A DNA stretch of 64,000 nt from Octopus vulgaris (taxonomy: Eukaryota), in assembly GCA_951406725.2 (NCBI GenBank), contig OX597821.1, positions 48,422,001 through 48,486,000 on the forward strand, read 5' to 3'. A model generated the notes under the pieces. The model saw only the letters and a program-made list of their open reading frames with translations. It was not told the DNA's origin and ran no database searches. A program made the translations under genes and the position numbers. Shown piece by piece: positions 37,383 to 51,446 of the stretch; within the stretch, counting starts at the first letter, position 1; every line of letters starts with the position of its first letter.

Positions 37383-38254
37383 CATGTAAAAGTTTGGTTG
37401 TGTTAATTATTGGTTGTCACAAAATACTACAATACATATATACATTCTTTGGTAACAAGAACATGTTAAGAACATAAAAAAGTATAACAAGTTCATGAAA
37501 ATATTGGGCACAAAAGATTACAACATATATATATATATACATTCTCAAGAAAATGCTAAAGATAGTTTCCAGAAGGAATTATTAAAAAGTTCAGTGGAAT
37601 ATTGGTATTATATCTGTATATACATACACACACAGAATATTATAAGTTCAAAAAAGTTTACATTATAGTAGTAGGGTAGCTTAAACTGACCTGGTCAACC
37701 ATGTTATTGTAAAAGACTATTTTCTATTTCAAGGGACACTGTAGGTGTGTTTGAGTGGGGAGAAGGAAGAGTAATGTAGAACTGAAAAGAATTTCTTTTT
37801 GTCTCTCCTTCAAGCATTAATGATTTGGGGGATTGGTCTTTAGAGGTCAGAATGATGCCAGTGTGTGTGTCTTTATGTGTGTGTATATATACATATGTGG
37901 TGTGAATAGATGTGTCTGTGTGTGTTTGTAAAATTTGGTAGGATGGTGTGTGTATATGTGTGTCCGTTTGTCAACCGTGTGTGTGTAATTATCTTGGTGT
38001 TGTGTGTGTGTGATTGTCTTGGTGTTGTGTGTGTGTGTGTATGTGCTTAATTGGTATTTGTCATGGTGCTGTGTATGTATATGTGCGTCAGTATATATGT
38101 ATACATATACATATATGTGTGTGTATATATATTCATGTTTATATGTAGTGAAGATAAATATAGAAATGGGATGTGGAAACAATTATTGAAAAGGGACATG
38201 TGTATGCATGAATGAGTGTATGTGAATACATATATATAAACATATATAAACATG

Positions 38255-38309
<55 letters not shown>

Positions 38310-39564
38310 AGAGAGAGGAAGAAAGGGTGAGAGAAATCCATACCCAGATATACAGACACTCACATACACACAAATCTCATTAAACAATGCTAAACCCATA
38401 TTCAACAGTAGTTTTTGTATCTTCTTTCCTCTGCTGCCAGAATTCTGATTCCTGAAAAATTCTAACCCTTTTTACTGACTGGGTACAAAGAATGGAAAAA
38501 ATCAATACAAACAAATATTTTTAAAAATACTATAAAAAGTTGTAATATAAGAATAAAAAGATTAATGAAGTAATTGATTAAATGAAAAAAAAAGGCAACT
38601 AAAAAGAAAATGACAAATAAAGAATATACAAAAATAAATAACAGAAAATACAAAAATTGAACGATAAATGAAGGAAACATCGAGGTATTGAATGAATGCA
38701 AAGGAGAAAGTAGGAAGGATAAAGGGAAGAAAGAGGAAGTGTGATTGATTGAAAGAGGGAAAAGGAAAGGATGGATGGAAAATGTGAGAAAGAAATAAAG
38801 AAGAAACACATGTAGAGATAGAAAGGAAGGAGATCAGATACACACACTCATATTTATGTAGGTGTTTATTCATATGTATGTGTGTGTATATCATGAAAAG
38901 TGGGTAAAAGTTTATACATGTGCACATATGTATAATATGCATTTACATATGTTTACACCAAAAAGGTAAAATTACATATATACACATGCACATATATACA
39001 TATAGACATATATATGCATACATATATACACACACACACACACATATATACATATATGTATGTGCGTATGTATATACATACACAGGCACATATGCATACA
39101 TACCAACACACACACACACATATATAAATACACATAAAGACACATACACGTATGTGTATGGTTGTATACACTCACTCATACACGTATGTGTAGGCATTCA
39201 ACAAGAAAAGGAATGCTATTTTTGAAAAGAAATGCAAAAATCATGTTGACAGTTGCCACCTTTTGGTGTTCCTGATGTTTTATTGACGCCTGGGAAACAT
39301 TTATTTTGTCTCTTTAACCTGAACAAACACTTTCTTAAAGTCATTTACTTTAACCATATATGGTTGTTTTGGAGAGACAAGGTCTTTGTTATTTTTATTT
39401 TCGTTGTTGTTGTTGTTGTGGTGGTGGTGGTGCTGGTGGTATTTCTTGTCAGAACTGTTGCTGTTGCTCTTTTAGTCACTGTCCAATAATTCCTGTGTTA
39501 ATTCCTGCTTGTACATTCAGTTCAATGGTACATACTTTACCTCGATCAAACAATATGACCTGAC

Positions 39565-39726
<162 letters not shown>

Positions 39727-42267
39727 TTGCTTCCTTCTGACCAAACTTCCATAGTCAAAACATGGAAGTTTTCCTTTGCAGCATAGATTCTACATTTGGT
39801 ATTGCATTGTTCTAGCACTTCCACCAATGAATGAAGCCAATCCAGCCTTGATCATCCTGTCCGTCATCAAAGCAATCCAGCTTTGACCATCCTGCAATAA
39901 TAATCAAATATATTTAATATAGGTGTGACTCCTTGGTATTTTTGTTTTCTTTTTTCTTATTTACTGAATCGAGAAGAAGGTCAGTGTTCGTGCTCTTTAC
40001 AGCACCCCACACCCCACTGAGACTGGTGAGATCGATGCCATTAATGTTCTACTTAAACTGGTGGAGATTTAACACCTGCATGAAATTCCACAGGACTGAT
40101 GCTCTGAGGAGGAAGACTGGGTGTAAGTAATGGATTGTGTGGGCTTTGAATGTTTGATACAACAAAGGTGAGAAGCAAAAGGGAGATATTTGGGTCAAGA
40201 ATGCTAAACTCGCGAGGGCAGAAGGCCAGCCAATTCCAAAAAAATAGAGACCGTTGTTGTAGAGGTTGAAACAGCAAAGAGAAAGTAGACGAAACACATG
40301 TGGACTAGAGGCTGAAGTGTGTGTTGTGTGGTGCTTCTGTGTTCTGTTATAATTGTTATAGTTGTGCACCACCACAAAGTTGTACTTGAGAAAACCAATA
40401 ATTGTAGAAAGTTAGCAAGCATTGAAGTATTTTGTAGTCTTGAAGAGGAAAGCTGTTCTTTAGATGAAGATTTCACTATTCTGGAAATGTGGTGTAGTTA
40501 AGAGTGTTTAACCTATTTGAGATATTACCGTGCTCACTTAACAACAAAGACACTTCAGCCATACATCTAGAAGTTTAGTGTATCTAGGACTACTTTATCT
40601 AATGTGTCCTTTCTACTTAAGATAGTAGGATCTGATATGAGGTAGACTTGTCTGCTATTTCCAGCAAATTAAGCTTCTTCAGTGTCCTGTGGTGACCTTG
40701 AAAGATCATCATGGATTGACCCCCTAGCATATATAAAGATTACAAGATGTTTTTTTTTTCGTTGATCACCAGAAATAAGAGTGTAATGTTGCAAGAATGC
40801 TAAGTGTAACAACTATCTTAGTATTATTGAATGAGACCTGGTTGTCATATCTTTATTGCAGCTGTTTACAGAGTGTCACTTCACAAAAGTTATGTATGCT
40901 TGGTTTGAAACATTTGTTATGCATAGATGGGCTTGCATTATAGAGTAGTCTACAGTGAGTAAAGTTTGCTATCATCTGCATAGGTTTGTGTCTAGTCAGA
41001 AGAAACTTGTAACACATGACCAAAGAAGAACATAAATTTAGAAAATCAAACAAAAAAGCCAGGTTGGTGTTTATAACTGTGATTTTACTATCATTACCTT
41101 TTGTTCATGACTTACAGGCTTGTAGTCACCTTTGTAAAGACACCTTCAGATTTTTAGGGTTATATCAACAAAGTTAAATAAGATTAAAAATATATATTTT
41201 GCTGCTGTTGTCTAGTCTCAAATTAGTCCTTTTCCAGAAGATTATTTTTGAGATGGAGTCTACAGCAAACTACATTATCAAATACGTCAAAGGTGTCAGC
41301 CATTTTCTAAAATGATATAGTGTAATTTGAGAGTGACTTGGCTGATCTTTCTAGCAAGACAAGAGACCATGAAGAGTAATTTCTATTGCAGTGATGTAAC
41401 TTGTGGAAGTCTGTCTTTTTCAATGTTTCTCTTCTCAGAAAATATGGAAGAAGTTATTCTACTCCCATTTGTTTTAAGGTGAAACAAGCATTATAGAGAC
41501 TTTCTCTTGAGTACCCCCAACCCCATCCCCACTCTCCTCACTCGGTAAACTGGGTGAGGAGGAGGTGCAGAAAGTAATGGGTTCTTCTAATTAACACTGT
41601 ATAAAGTATGTAAATGATCTGCTTTACCTCTATTGTGTTGACTATTTAAGGTTGTATCTAATATATGTTGTGTCTGTTGTGTTGGCCATATTGGTCTGTT
41701 TTAATTAAGATTGTGTCTAATTTTTGTAATTAATTTGACTAGATTAATTACAAAAAGATTTGTGCCATTTCAGCAAATACAATGTGTTGATGGAATAAAT
41801 CAGTAATTATTTTGTGAAAAATGTCTACAAAGTGACATTAATAGATAGTTTTTTTGTTTTTGTAAAACTAGTCATAATGGGCTTTCTAGTCATCTATGTT
41901 GTTGCTGCTGTTGTTTTTGTTATTGTTGCTCTTCTTATCCTCCACCTCCTTCTCTTCCTCCTCCTCCTGCTACTACTACAACAAATATAACTACCAATAC
42001 TCCTATAGCACTGGTCAGTTCTGCTTAATTAGACATAATGTCATGGAGAGTGCTAATCAAACAAGCTTCAATTAGCATACCTAAACGTGACCAACGCTTC
42101 TTTATTGTAGACAAGCTCCCATTCAGATTTAGAACACAGACATAACCACTAACACCAACCCAACCTCGACTTTCCTATTTTAGAGTTTCTAAGATATTCA
42201 ATAAGTTTGATTTCATTAATTCCTTGAACCGGTGAAGCAACTAAATGACAAGTCCTAATTAATCAAA

Positions 42268-42547
42268 GTCGCCTTACTGGCACCTGTGCTGGTGGCATGT
42301 GTAAAAGGATTCGAGCGAGGTCGTTGCCAGTACCACCTGACTGGCCCCCGTGCCGGTGGCATGTAAAAAGCACCCACTACACCCTCGGAGTGGTTGGCGT
42401 CAGGAAGGGCATCCAGCTGTAGAAACTCTGCCAAATCAAGATTGGAGCCTGGTGCAACCATCTGGTTCGCCAGTCCTCAGTCAAAATCGTCCAACCCATG
42501 CTAGCATGGAAAGTGGACGTTAAACGATGATGATGATGATGATGATG
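42268..42547 (+). mobile_element. RTE LINE 3' UTR copy with (GAT)n tail
   Basis: Matches 61670-61948, including ggacgttaaacgatgatgat. Confidence 0.85.
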
Positions 42548-42707
42548 AATGTATAAAGTTTCTGTGATAATAAATAGTGGGTTGTGACAACTCAAAGTGA
42601 TTCCAGGGATTGGCTGTTATAGACAGATTAGCAAAATATGAATAACTGACCTATCAGCCTACCTTTTAATATGGTGATTCTCTGTGACAGTCACTTGATT
42701 GTATATA

Positions 42708-43144
42708 GGCACAGGAGCGGATGTGTGACAAGTAGCTTGCTTACCAACCACAGGGTTCCAGGCTCAGTCTCACTGTGTGGCACTTTGGACAAGTGTCTAT
42801 TACTATAGCCTCAGGCTGACCAAAAGTCTTGTGAGTGGATTTAGTAGACGGAAACTGAAAGAAGCCCATTGTGTGTGAGTATATATATATATATATATAT
42901 GTGTGTATGTATATATGTATATGTATATGTATATTTGTGTGTCTGTATCTATCCCCAAACATCGCTTGACAACCGATGTTGGTGTGTTTACATCCCTATG
43001 ACTTAGCACTTTGGCAAAAGAAGCCAATAGAATAAGTACTAGGCTTACAAAGAATAAGTCCTGGGGTCGATTTGCTTGACTAAAGGTGGTTCTCCACTAT
43101 GGCTGCAGTCAAATAACTGAATCAAGTAAAAGAATAAAAGAATA
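42708..43144 (+). mobile_element. SINE family A, full length
   Basis: ggcacaggag...tail gtaaaagaataaaag. Confidence 0.9.
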
Positions 43145-43352
43145 TATACATACACACACACAGACACACATATACATACACACTCACACAACACCCACAC
43201 ACATAAACACACTCACACACACACACACATTTAATAACATTTTCACGATCCTATAAAATCAGGTATTTAAATAGTAAAAGTACCAAGGTAGAGTGCAGGA
43301 TAGTGCACCTGTGCATTAACAATGTTTATTGACATATATGTACTTATTAAGT

Positions 43353-43506
43353 GGAGGCGCAATGGCCCAGTGGTTAGGGCAGCAGACTCGCATTTGTAGG
43401 ATCGTAGTTTCGATTCCCAGACCAGGCGATGTGAGTGTTTATTGAGCAAAAACACCTAAAGCTCCACGAGGCTCCGGCAGGGGGAGGTGGCGATCCTTGC
43501 TGTACT
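43353..43506 (+). mobile_element. SINE family C 5' part
   Basis: tRNA-like head ggcgcaatggcccagtggttaggg...tttcgattccc with A and B boxes. Confidence 0.8.
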
Positions 43507-43513
43507 AAAAGAA

Positions 43514-43727
43514 GGCGGCGAGCTGGCATAATCGTTAGCACGCCAGGCGAAATGCTTAGCGGTATTTCGTCTGTCGTTACATTCTGAGTTCAATTCCGCC
43601 GAGGTCGACTTTGCCTTTCATCCTTTCAGGGTTCGATAAATAAAGTACTAGTTTCGTACTGGCGTCGATGTAATCGACTTAATCCCTTTGTCTGTACTTG
43701 TTTGTCCCCTTGTGGGCAATAAAGAAA
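43514..43727 (+). mobile_element. SINE family B, young copy
   Basis: ggcggcgagctggc...gagttcaattccgccgaggtcgactttgcctttcatcc; CpGs retained. Confidence 0.9.
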
Positions 43728-43731
43728 TATA

Positions 43732-43942
43732 TACTCTTTACTCTTTTACTTGTTTCAGTCATTTGACTGCGGCCATGCTGGAGCACTGCCTTTAATCGAG
43801 CAACTCGACCCCGGGACTTATTCTTTTGTAAGCCCAGTACTTATTCTATCAGTCTCTTTTGCCGAACCACTAAGTAACGGGGACATAAACACACCAGCAT
43901 CTGTTGTCAAGGGGGACAAACACAGACACCCAAACACACACA

Positions 43943-43994
<52 letters not shown>

Positions 43995-44149
43995 TACGAC
44001 GGGTTTCCGTCTACCAAATCCACTCACAAGGCATTGGTCGGCCCGAGGTTATAGCAGAAGACACTTGCCCAAGATGCCACGCAGTGGGACTCAACCCGAA
44101 ACCATGTGGGTGGTAAGCAAGCTACTTACCACACAGCCACTCCTACGCC
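43732..44149 (-). mobile_element. SINE family A, full length
   Basis: Reverse complement of 44441-44850. Confidence 0.92.
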
Positions 44150-44440
44150 TATATGTACTTACTAAAGTAAATACAGATTTGTCATTCTCATTATGCACAC
44201 ATTCACAACACTAACAGAATACACAATGAGTATTCAAAATCACCCAGGGATACACTTGCTGCACATAGTCCACAGTTGACTATAGGCTTCAGATCCAAAT
44301 GCATGGAAAGTTCCAAATTAAGTGAAGAATATACAAAAATACAGATAGGTTGAGGTTCACTACAGCTGCTTCAGATGTGTTTTTTATTGATGAACAGAGC
44401 TGTTACATCATGCAACAAAAAAAAAAAAACATTTTCTTCA

Positions 44441-44850
44441 GGCGCAGGAGTGGCTGTGTTGTAAGTAACTTGTTTACCAACCACATGGTTCCGGGTTCAG
44501 TCCCACTGCGTGGCACCTTGGGCAAGTGTTTTCTACTATAGCCATGGGCCGACCAAAGCCTTGTGAGTGGATTTGGTAGACAGAAACTGAAAGAAGCCCG
44601 TAGCATATATGTACATATATATATGCGAGTGTGTGTTTGTTTGTCTGTGTTTGTCCCCCTAGCATTGCTTGACAACCGATGCTGGTGTGTTTATGTCCCC
44701 GTCACTTAATGGTTCGGCAAAAGAGACTGATAGAATAAGTACTGGGCTTACAAAAGAATAAGTCCCGGGATCGAGTTGCTCGATTAAAGGCGGTGCTCCA
44801 GCATGGCCGCAGTCAAATGACTGAAACAAATAAAAGAGAGAAAAGAGAAA
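44441..44850 (+). mobile_element. SINE family A, full length
   Basis: ggcgcaggagtggctgtg...ggttccgggttcagtccc (tRNA boxes), central microsatellite, tail tgactgaaacaa... Confidence 0.93.
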
Positions 44851-45434
44851 GTAAAACAATAATAAAAGTCAACACATAAATTTCCTAGAAAATAGAACAT
44901 AATGCAAATTGACTCTACAACAAGCTTACAGCTGGGAGAGTGAATATTAGAAGCTATTGTAGTGAAAAATCTTGAGGACAAACAGCTGAAGGGATGTTAT
45001 GCTGCACCACCGATGAAAAGTAATAAATAAACAAAGGATTGTCCCTTCAGCTGTTGGTCCTCAAAACACTTTGAAATATTCCTTTAAGTGATGGGACTTC
45101 TTTTTTTCCTTTTTTCTTTTTTCCCCTTCTTTTCTCTCTCCATTTTTCTCTTTCTATGTCTTCCCCTACTTCCTTCCTTTATTCTGGTCCCTCAAACGAA
45201 TTCATTAGTGTATCAGCATGAACGTATACTCTGTAATACCTTCCGCTGTTCACTCTCTCAGCTGTAACCCAGTTAGTAGGGTCAATTTCCTCTATGCTCT
45301 GTTTTGTGAGAAACTCTAAGTGTTAAATTTTACTCTTTATTCACCTGAGGAAAACAATTTTATTTTTCTTTACGTTTGATGTAACGCTTTTGTTCATTAA
45401 TATAGAACATGTCTGAAACAGCTGTAGTGTTGAT

Positions 45435-45488
<54 letters not shown>

Positions 45489-45748
45489 TTCAAACCCAGT
45501 GAACAGCAATGATGATACCGGTTTGATTTTGAATCTCTTTAACAATTCAAAATAATGAATTTGATTCTACCTCAGTTCATCACTACTTTTCATAAAAAAG
45601 CCTTTATTTTATTTCTTTTTTTTTGATATTCAATGTGCATTTTTGCTTTTTTTCTTCTTACTTTCACCATATCTTTTTTATGTGTAGTTTCTATTTTCTT
45701 TTTGAAACATATTTCTATTACATATATATATATATATGTATATATAGT

Positions 45749-46085
45749 GAAGGCGCATGGCTCAGTGGTTAGAGCATCAAACTTACGACCGTGAGGTTGT
45801 GACTTCAAATCCCGGACTGGGCTGTGTGTTGTGTTCTTGAGCAAGACACTTTATTTGACGTTGCTCTAGTTTATTCATCTGTAGAAATGAGTTGCGACGT
45901 CACTGGTGCCAAGCTGTATCGGCCTTTTCCATTCCCTTGGATAACATCAGTGACGTGGAAAGGGCAGGCTGGTATGCATGGGTGACTACTGGTCTTCTGT
46001 AAACAACCTTGCCTAGACTTGTGCCTTCGTGGGTAACTTTCTAGGTGCAATCCCATGGTCATTCATGATCAAAGGAGGGGGGTCA
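45749..46085 (+). mobile_element. tRNA-derived SINE with CORE-like central domain (family D)
   Basis: ggcgcatggctcagtggttagagc head; cttgagcaagacactt...catctgtagaaatgag CORE-like segment. Confidence 0.75.
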
Positions 46086-47169
46086 CCGACTCTGATATAT
46101 ATACCTTATGTTCTTGGTTAAACAACACCAAACACATACTAAAGTACAAACCACATAAAAACTAATATCTGCCACAAGTAATTTCTCTTTAAAAATGTTT
46201 AAATATTCCAAATATGAAAAAAATAAGTAAAATTGAAAAAAAAAATAAATAAAACTAGAAACACCAAAACTGTCTGAAGAGAGCCTACAGAGTTAGTCAC
46301 AATGAGTTGAGGCAACTATGTAAGAATGAAAACACATCACATAAATAGTGAACTTACCATCTTCAGCTGCCAATCAGTTGTCTTCATCATTGCAGTATCA
46401 AAGTGAAGACGGTACCAAAAATATTGAAACATAATTTCAATGCTATTTAAGAATACACAAAGATAACTTACACAAGAGGCAAAATGAATAATATAAAAAG
46501 ATGTATAAAAAATACCTGGTTGAAAAACCATTTACATTAGAATATACAAAGCCCCGTGACCATAGCATGCAGTGCAGTCCCGTTTCAGTAATGTTACACA
46601 AGTTCAGACTATGTTACAACAAAGCTTATGTACTTTTTCATGTACATACAAGAACAATATATTGCACAAGAGGCTTTAATTGTGCCACCTGAGGTATCAA
46701 TCAGTCTCAATCTTTTTTCATTAATGTCTCATTTTTTTCTTTTAATGCTTTCAAACGTGATTTTTTTGTCATCATTGAGCAAGTGGATATATTCATTGTA
46801 AATAGTTTCAACATCAGAATCAATATTTTCTTCATTAACTGAGATATTGTCTTTTATAAAACCATGTTAGGCAGTGGATAAACTGAAAAGTATTATACTT
46901 CAATCTTACTAACTAAATTGTCCAACATATACAACAGATCATTCACTGCATATATCAGTGTTGTTTCATCAGTTAAATTTTTTTCGAATTTAATAAATGT
47001 TGTCTTCCAAAACATCAATATGAAACATGTGCAGCTGTTACTAGCTTAAAGATAAAAAGTGTAGAATATGCGTTTATTGTTCTATTGGTTTCAGCTAGAG
47101 ATTGAGGCCATGCTGGGGCACTGTCTTTCAGTGTGATTGGGTTTCTTTTCTTTAATGTTTCTGATAAAG

Positions 47170-48500
47170 TAGTGACTTGGACAGAGCTGCTCTCCTTTGT
47201 GCTTTCTGCCACAATGAGGCTTTATCTGGTACCTCAGATAAAAATGTGTCCAGATATTCTTTGAAGACCTCCACATCTATACCTCAAAAATTTCTGAGGT
47301 TGTTTGGCAGAATGGTGACGAGTTATAGACCCTTGAAATCCCAGCTGTTAACATTACTGAGTTCTTCTTCTAGGTAGAGAAGACAAGGTCTTTATTATTA
47401 TGCAATGCAGCCAGTTTGCTGGTTGGTATAGCTTTCAGTCCCAAAGTTGGGAGCTAGACCTTTCAGAATCTTCCATATGTATAGCACTGCATATCTTTCA
47501 CATCTTCTCTATGGAGTAGCATTCCTTTAGCCTCTCCAAGTAGTTCGTTTGTTTCACTAAGTCAGTCTTCTTCTATGTGTAGTTCCACTGAATTGCCTCA
47601 AGTTCCACCATCAGTTTGATGCTCTGCAGTTGGGAGCAGTAATCCAGAGGACTGAGAACAAAAGTTCTCCACAGAAGTATCACAGAATTCTTTTTCCTGG
47701 TTCTGAATGATTTCAGAATCCAACCAGCTATTTGTGTGCAGTGTTGTCATCTAGATGATATGCATATGGAATGTGGCCTCATTACTCATATGGATTCCAA
47801 GGTCATGCACCGACTCTGACACTGACTAGGATTGCACCAACCCCTGGACTGTGTATTCTGAATGTAGTCTGCATGTTATTTTCATCAGCCCACCTATATA
47901 TAACTTTCAGGTCTTTCTACAGTTTTAGGATGTCATCAGGATCTTTGACCGCTGTGATACTTTTTTTATCATCAACATAGCTGAGAGTGTCTGACTGTAA
48001 GGCTGAGGGCATGTCTGAGAAGAGAGCCACCACATACAGTAGTAATCCCAAAACAGTTCCTTAAGGTAAATGATGTCTCCCTAGAAATAGCACTGTCTGA
48101 CTTCTGCCTTTTAAAAAGTCATGCAGCCACTTGTCTAATTTTCCAGCAATTCGAAGGTCATGCAACTTGTGACATGTTATCCCATGATCAATTTTGTCAA
48201 AGGTCTTGACAAAGCTGAAATATATCACATCCACTTTTAAGTGGTTGAACTGTTGTTTCAGTACCTACTCATAATACTGTAGTAGCTGTGTGATGCAGAT
48301 CCTACCTGGACAGAGGCTATGTTGCTATGTTTGAGAGCAAGTTATTTTGTTCCAGAAATGTGATGGGCCTCTTTCTGATACTGTGTTCCATGACCTTGCT
48401 AACATGTGAAGTCAGAGAGTCAAGCCCATAATTTTTAGCACCTGCTCTTCTTCTTTATGAACTGAGCATATTATACCTTGCATATTTCTTCACAAGAATG
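47170..48500 (-). mobile_element. CR1-type LINE RT fragment nested in Helitron
   Basis: GRICITQLL...VDVIYFSFVKTFDKIDHG...GKLDKWLHDFLKGRSQTV and SYVDD; multiple stops. Confidence 0.82.
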
Positions 48501-48548
48501 CTTAGATTTAACTCTTGTCAAACTTTGCTGTTGATCATGATCATCATA

Positions 48549-49284
48549 TCTATAAAAGGGAGGATGTATGTGTGTGTGTGTGTACGTGATTGCAATTTAT
48601 GTACGTCCACAAATTAGCACGCATGTCGCTCCAATTGTAGGAGGACATTTGTTAACACCCTATCTGGGTTTTGTCAACTTATTCCCCCCCCCCCCCCGAA
48701 ACACCCGTGGGTAGCGTAAATATCTATTTTTAGACATAGCTTTTAGCCACGAAAAATATCAGCATTGGCTTTTTTGATAGCATCTAACAAAAATAAGATA
48801 AAGAAAAGTGGAAGAAGGAGGCAGAGAGTTTCACGGGAAAGACAAGGTGAGAGAGGGAGAGAGAGAGAGAGTAAGTTATGACGTTCATAGAAAATAAAAT
48901 GTAAAATGTTTTGTTTTTGCTTTTGAAAGACATTATATTTTGTAATCATAGTATAATATACTTTAGTGAAAATCGTGCGAGTGTTAATCTACAAATTTAA
49001 CATTTTTTCCATTCATTTCTGTTTATGAACATGTATGCGTGCACAAAACATGCAATAGGCATATGTACGTACGTGTGTGTATGTGTGTTCGTGCCTGTTG
49101 CCCATATATATTTATATTATATTATATATATATAATATATATAAGATATATATATAATATAACTAATTTCAACGGATTTCGCCCAAATTTGACGTCTATA
49201 TTACTTAGTTTGGTTTGAAATAAAGAACTTGATTAGCTTATTAATCGTAACTTAACCCTAGGCAAGGCCAGGTTATACTGCTAG
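48549..49284 (+). mobile_element. Non-autonomous Helitron
   Basis: A|TCtataaaaggg start; degenerate hairpin aaccctaggcaaggccaggtt followed by atactgCTAG|T. Confidence 0.75.
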
Positions 49285-50648
49285 TTTTCTATAAAATTCA
49301 CCATCTGGTAGACATGCCAAACATTGTTCATAGCAAGCAAATCAGTAAAACCTGTAGCATCTGTGTTTTACAGAAGTAATAACCAAACATAAGAAAGCTC
49401 TCCCTTAAATAATGAATTACGTAGATCCTGCCAGTAACATCAAGGATTCTTTTGTAATGCCGCTAGATGTATTGTGTCAAGTGGAATATCAGAGAAAGTC
49501 ATCATAAATAACTCTTGCCTGGAGTTCATCTTCATTTTCTTCAAATAAGCTATAAGTCTTGTTGTGTTCAAGCACCACTTGAGCATTATTTGGATCAAAC
49601 ATACTAATTTCTTGATCAATAAATATCTTGGCAAATGATATTTAATGATAGGATGTCTTTGTTGAATTTGAAAATTAAAAACTGTCAGTCCCAGATGCAC
49701 AAATACATCAACAATATTTATAATCAAAAATTTCAGCAGATTGACTTTCTTTGCTAATGATGAATATCAAGATGTACATGATTTATTTCTCTCTGCAATA
49801 AGACTGTTGAATGATCAAACTTCTAAAAGGCATACATGTATAGGTATTTTGCTATCTAAATTGAGATGCACACCACTCACTATTTTTGAATCTCTTACCT
49901 TTGTAGCAACTATATATTGTGTACAATAAGACAACAACTGTCAACAGCATCTTTACTTCCAGTGCATATAGAAGCACTATGACTCTCTTCTTTCAGACTT
50001 TAGTGATAATATTGTGAATACAAATAATGGTTATTGGAAATTTCTTGCTACACTGACCATCCACCACATAGAGAACTTTGTATTATCTGTTTCACAGGGA
50101 TTATTTGTTATGTGTTTGTTCACTTGACTGTAAAGATGTGATACCTGAGGATTATCAGGATATACCAGTTCAGAACTAAGAACTTATTTTTATCTCTTGA
50201 CTTTTATTGTGATTATTCTCCATTATGAACAATAAATGGCAATATGGCAGTAGTCACTTTCAAAATTTAAAAGTATTCATGTATGCAAAAACATATCCAA
50301 TGATACCTGATTTTTTTTTTTATATCTATAAATTATTTCTGGCATTCTACCAGCCTGGAGAGCCTGCTAAATCATTATACAAATTGGTTCCCAATGTCAC
50401 CTTGATTGCTGTGGATGTATTTAAGATGGTATGATACTTCTGTAGTATACTAATCTACATAATATGGCAGAAACAAACATTCACTCTGATTAATGTAAAC
50501 TCTATTAAAAATGGATTTTGATACAAAATATTATAATAAAAAAGCAGCAACTTGTGTAAAATGTCTTATAATTCTCTACTGAAACGGACAGAAAGCTGGT
50601 GCTATTAATACAAGTTATGGCTATCAAGATTATTATTGTTATTATCAA

Positions 50649-50855
50649 GGCGACAAGCTGGCAGAATCACTAGCACACCTGGAAAAAATACTTAGCAGCT
50701 GTCCTTACATTTTGAATTCAAATTCCACTGAGGTTGACTTTACCTTTCGTACCATGAGGGGGTCAGTGAAATAAGTACCAGTTACATACTGGGGTTGATG
50801 TAATCAACTAGCTGCCTCCCCAGAATTTTCAGGCCATGTGCCTATAGTAGAATGG

Positions 50856-50857
<2 letters not shown>
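50649..50857 (+). mobile_element. SINE family B with (TAT)n tail
   Basis: ggcgacaagctggcagaatc...gaattcaaattccactgaggttgactt. Confidence 0.82.
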
Positions 50858-50887
<30 letters not shown>

Positions 50888-50891
<4 letters not shown>

Positions 50892-51100
50892 TCTACTTTA
50901 GCGAAGGCGGCGGTATTGTTTTCAGTCATATTTGTTTCTTTGTTTGTTTCCTTGTTTATCCGTGAACAAGATATCTCAAGAACCGCTGAATGGATTTGGA
51001 TGAAACTTTCAGGGATGTTTGGCCTCATAACTAGAACAGACTGATTAGATTTGGGGATTGATCCAAAACCAGACAAGGATTCTAGTTTATTTTTTATATT
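50888..51100 (+). mobile_element. Helentron-associated (HINE/DINE-like) non-autonomous fragment
   Basis: tacctctactt-tagcg-aaggcggcggta hairpin after a TT-rich site, (GTTT) microsatellite, atctcaagaaccgctgaatggatttggatgaaactt. Confidence 0.55.
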
Positions 51101-51396
51101 TTTTTTACTTTACATGTATAAAGTTTTATATAGCTCTTTTGTACATGCACACATATACACATATATACTCACACAGTTTCAGCATTGAACATTACCATCC
51201 CATTTCCATTGTACACACACACATGTGCACAAACATACGTCGCTTTTACACATGCATATATTCACACTTCAAATGCCGTTTATCGGTTTTCACTCCTTCC
51301 TTCATTATTCATCTATCATCCTTTCCTTTCTCATTCATATGATACTCTCTTTGCCATTTATCTCCTCTACCTTCACCTCTCACTCCAGCTCTATTT

Positions 51397-51446
<50 letters not shown>

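Larger units (their letters stand above)
46560..50500 (-). mobile_element. Old decayed autonomous Helitron (Rep HUH domain to PIF1 helicase motif I), with nested insertions
   Basis: Minus-strand fragments in the expected order: IGYVFAYMNTFKF*K..LPYCHLLFI (EFQKRGLPHAH-like, ~50240-50305), DGQCSKKFP (~50045), NSEWCISI*IAKYLY, VFNFQIQQRHP, GRIYVIH..ELSYVWLLLL, then LNDDKKITFESI..IDTSGGT..TLLKRDCTA (~46570-46790). Confidence 0.75.

Noticed and set aside
43353-43430. Possible tRNA genes (also at 44441 and 45749)
   Set aside because: tRNA-like heads continue into SINE bodies and lack a complete cloverleaf
43750-44214. 154-aa ORF and the recurring EDTCPRCH..GLNPEPCGW peptides
   Set aside because: Antisense translation of SINE family A, not a protein family
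46358-46442. Minus-strand exon candidate with strong donor ATG|gtaagt
   Set aside because: Weak acceptor, unrecognised peptide, and it lies immediately downstream of Helitron helicase remnants
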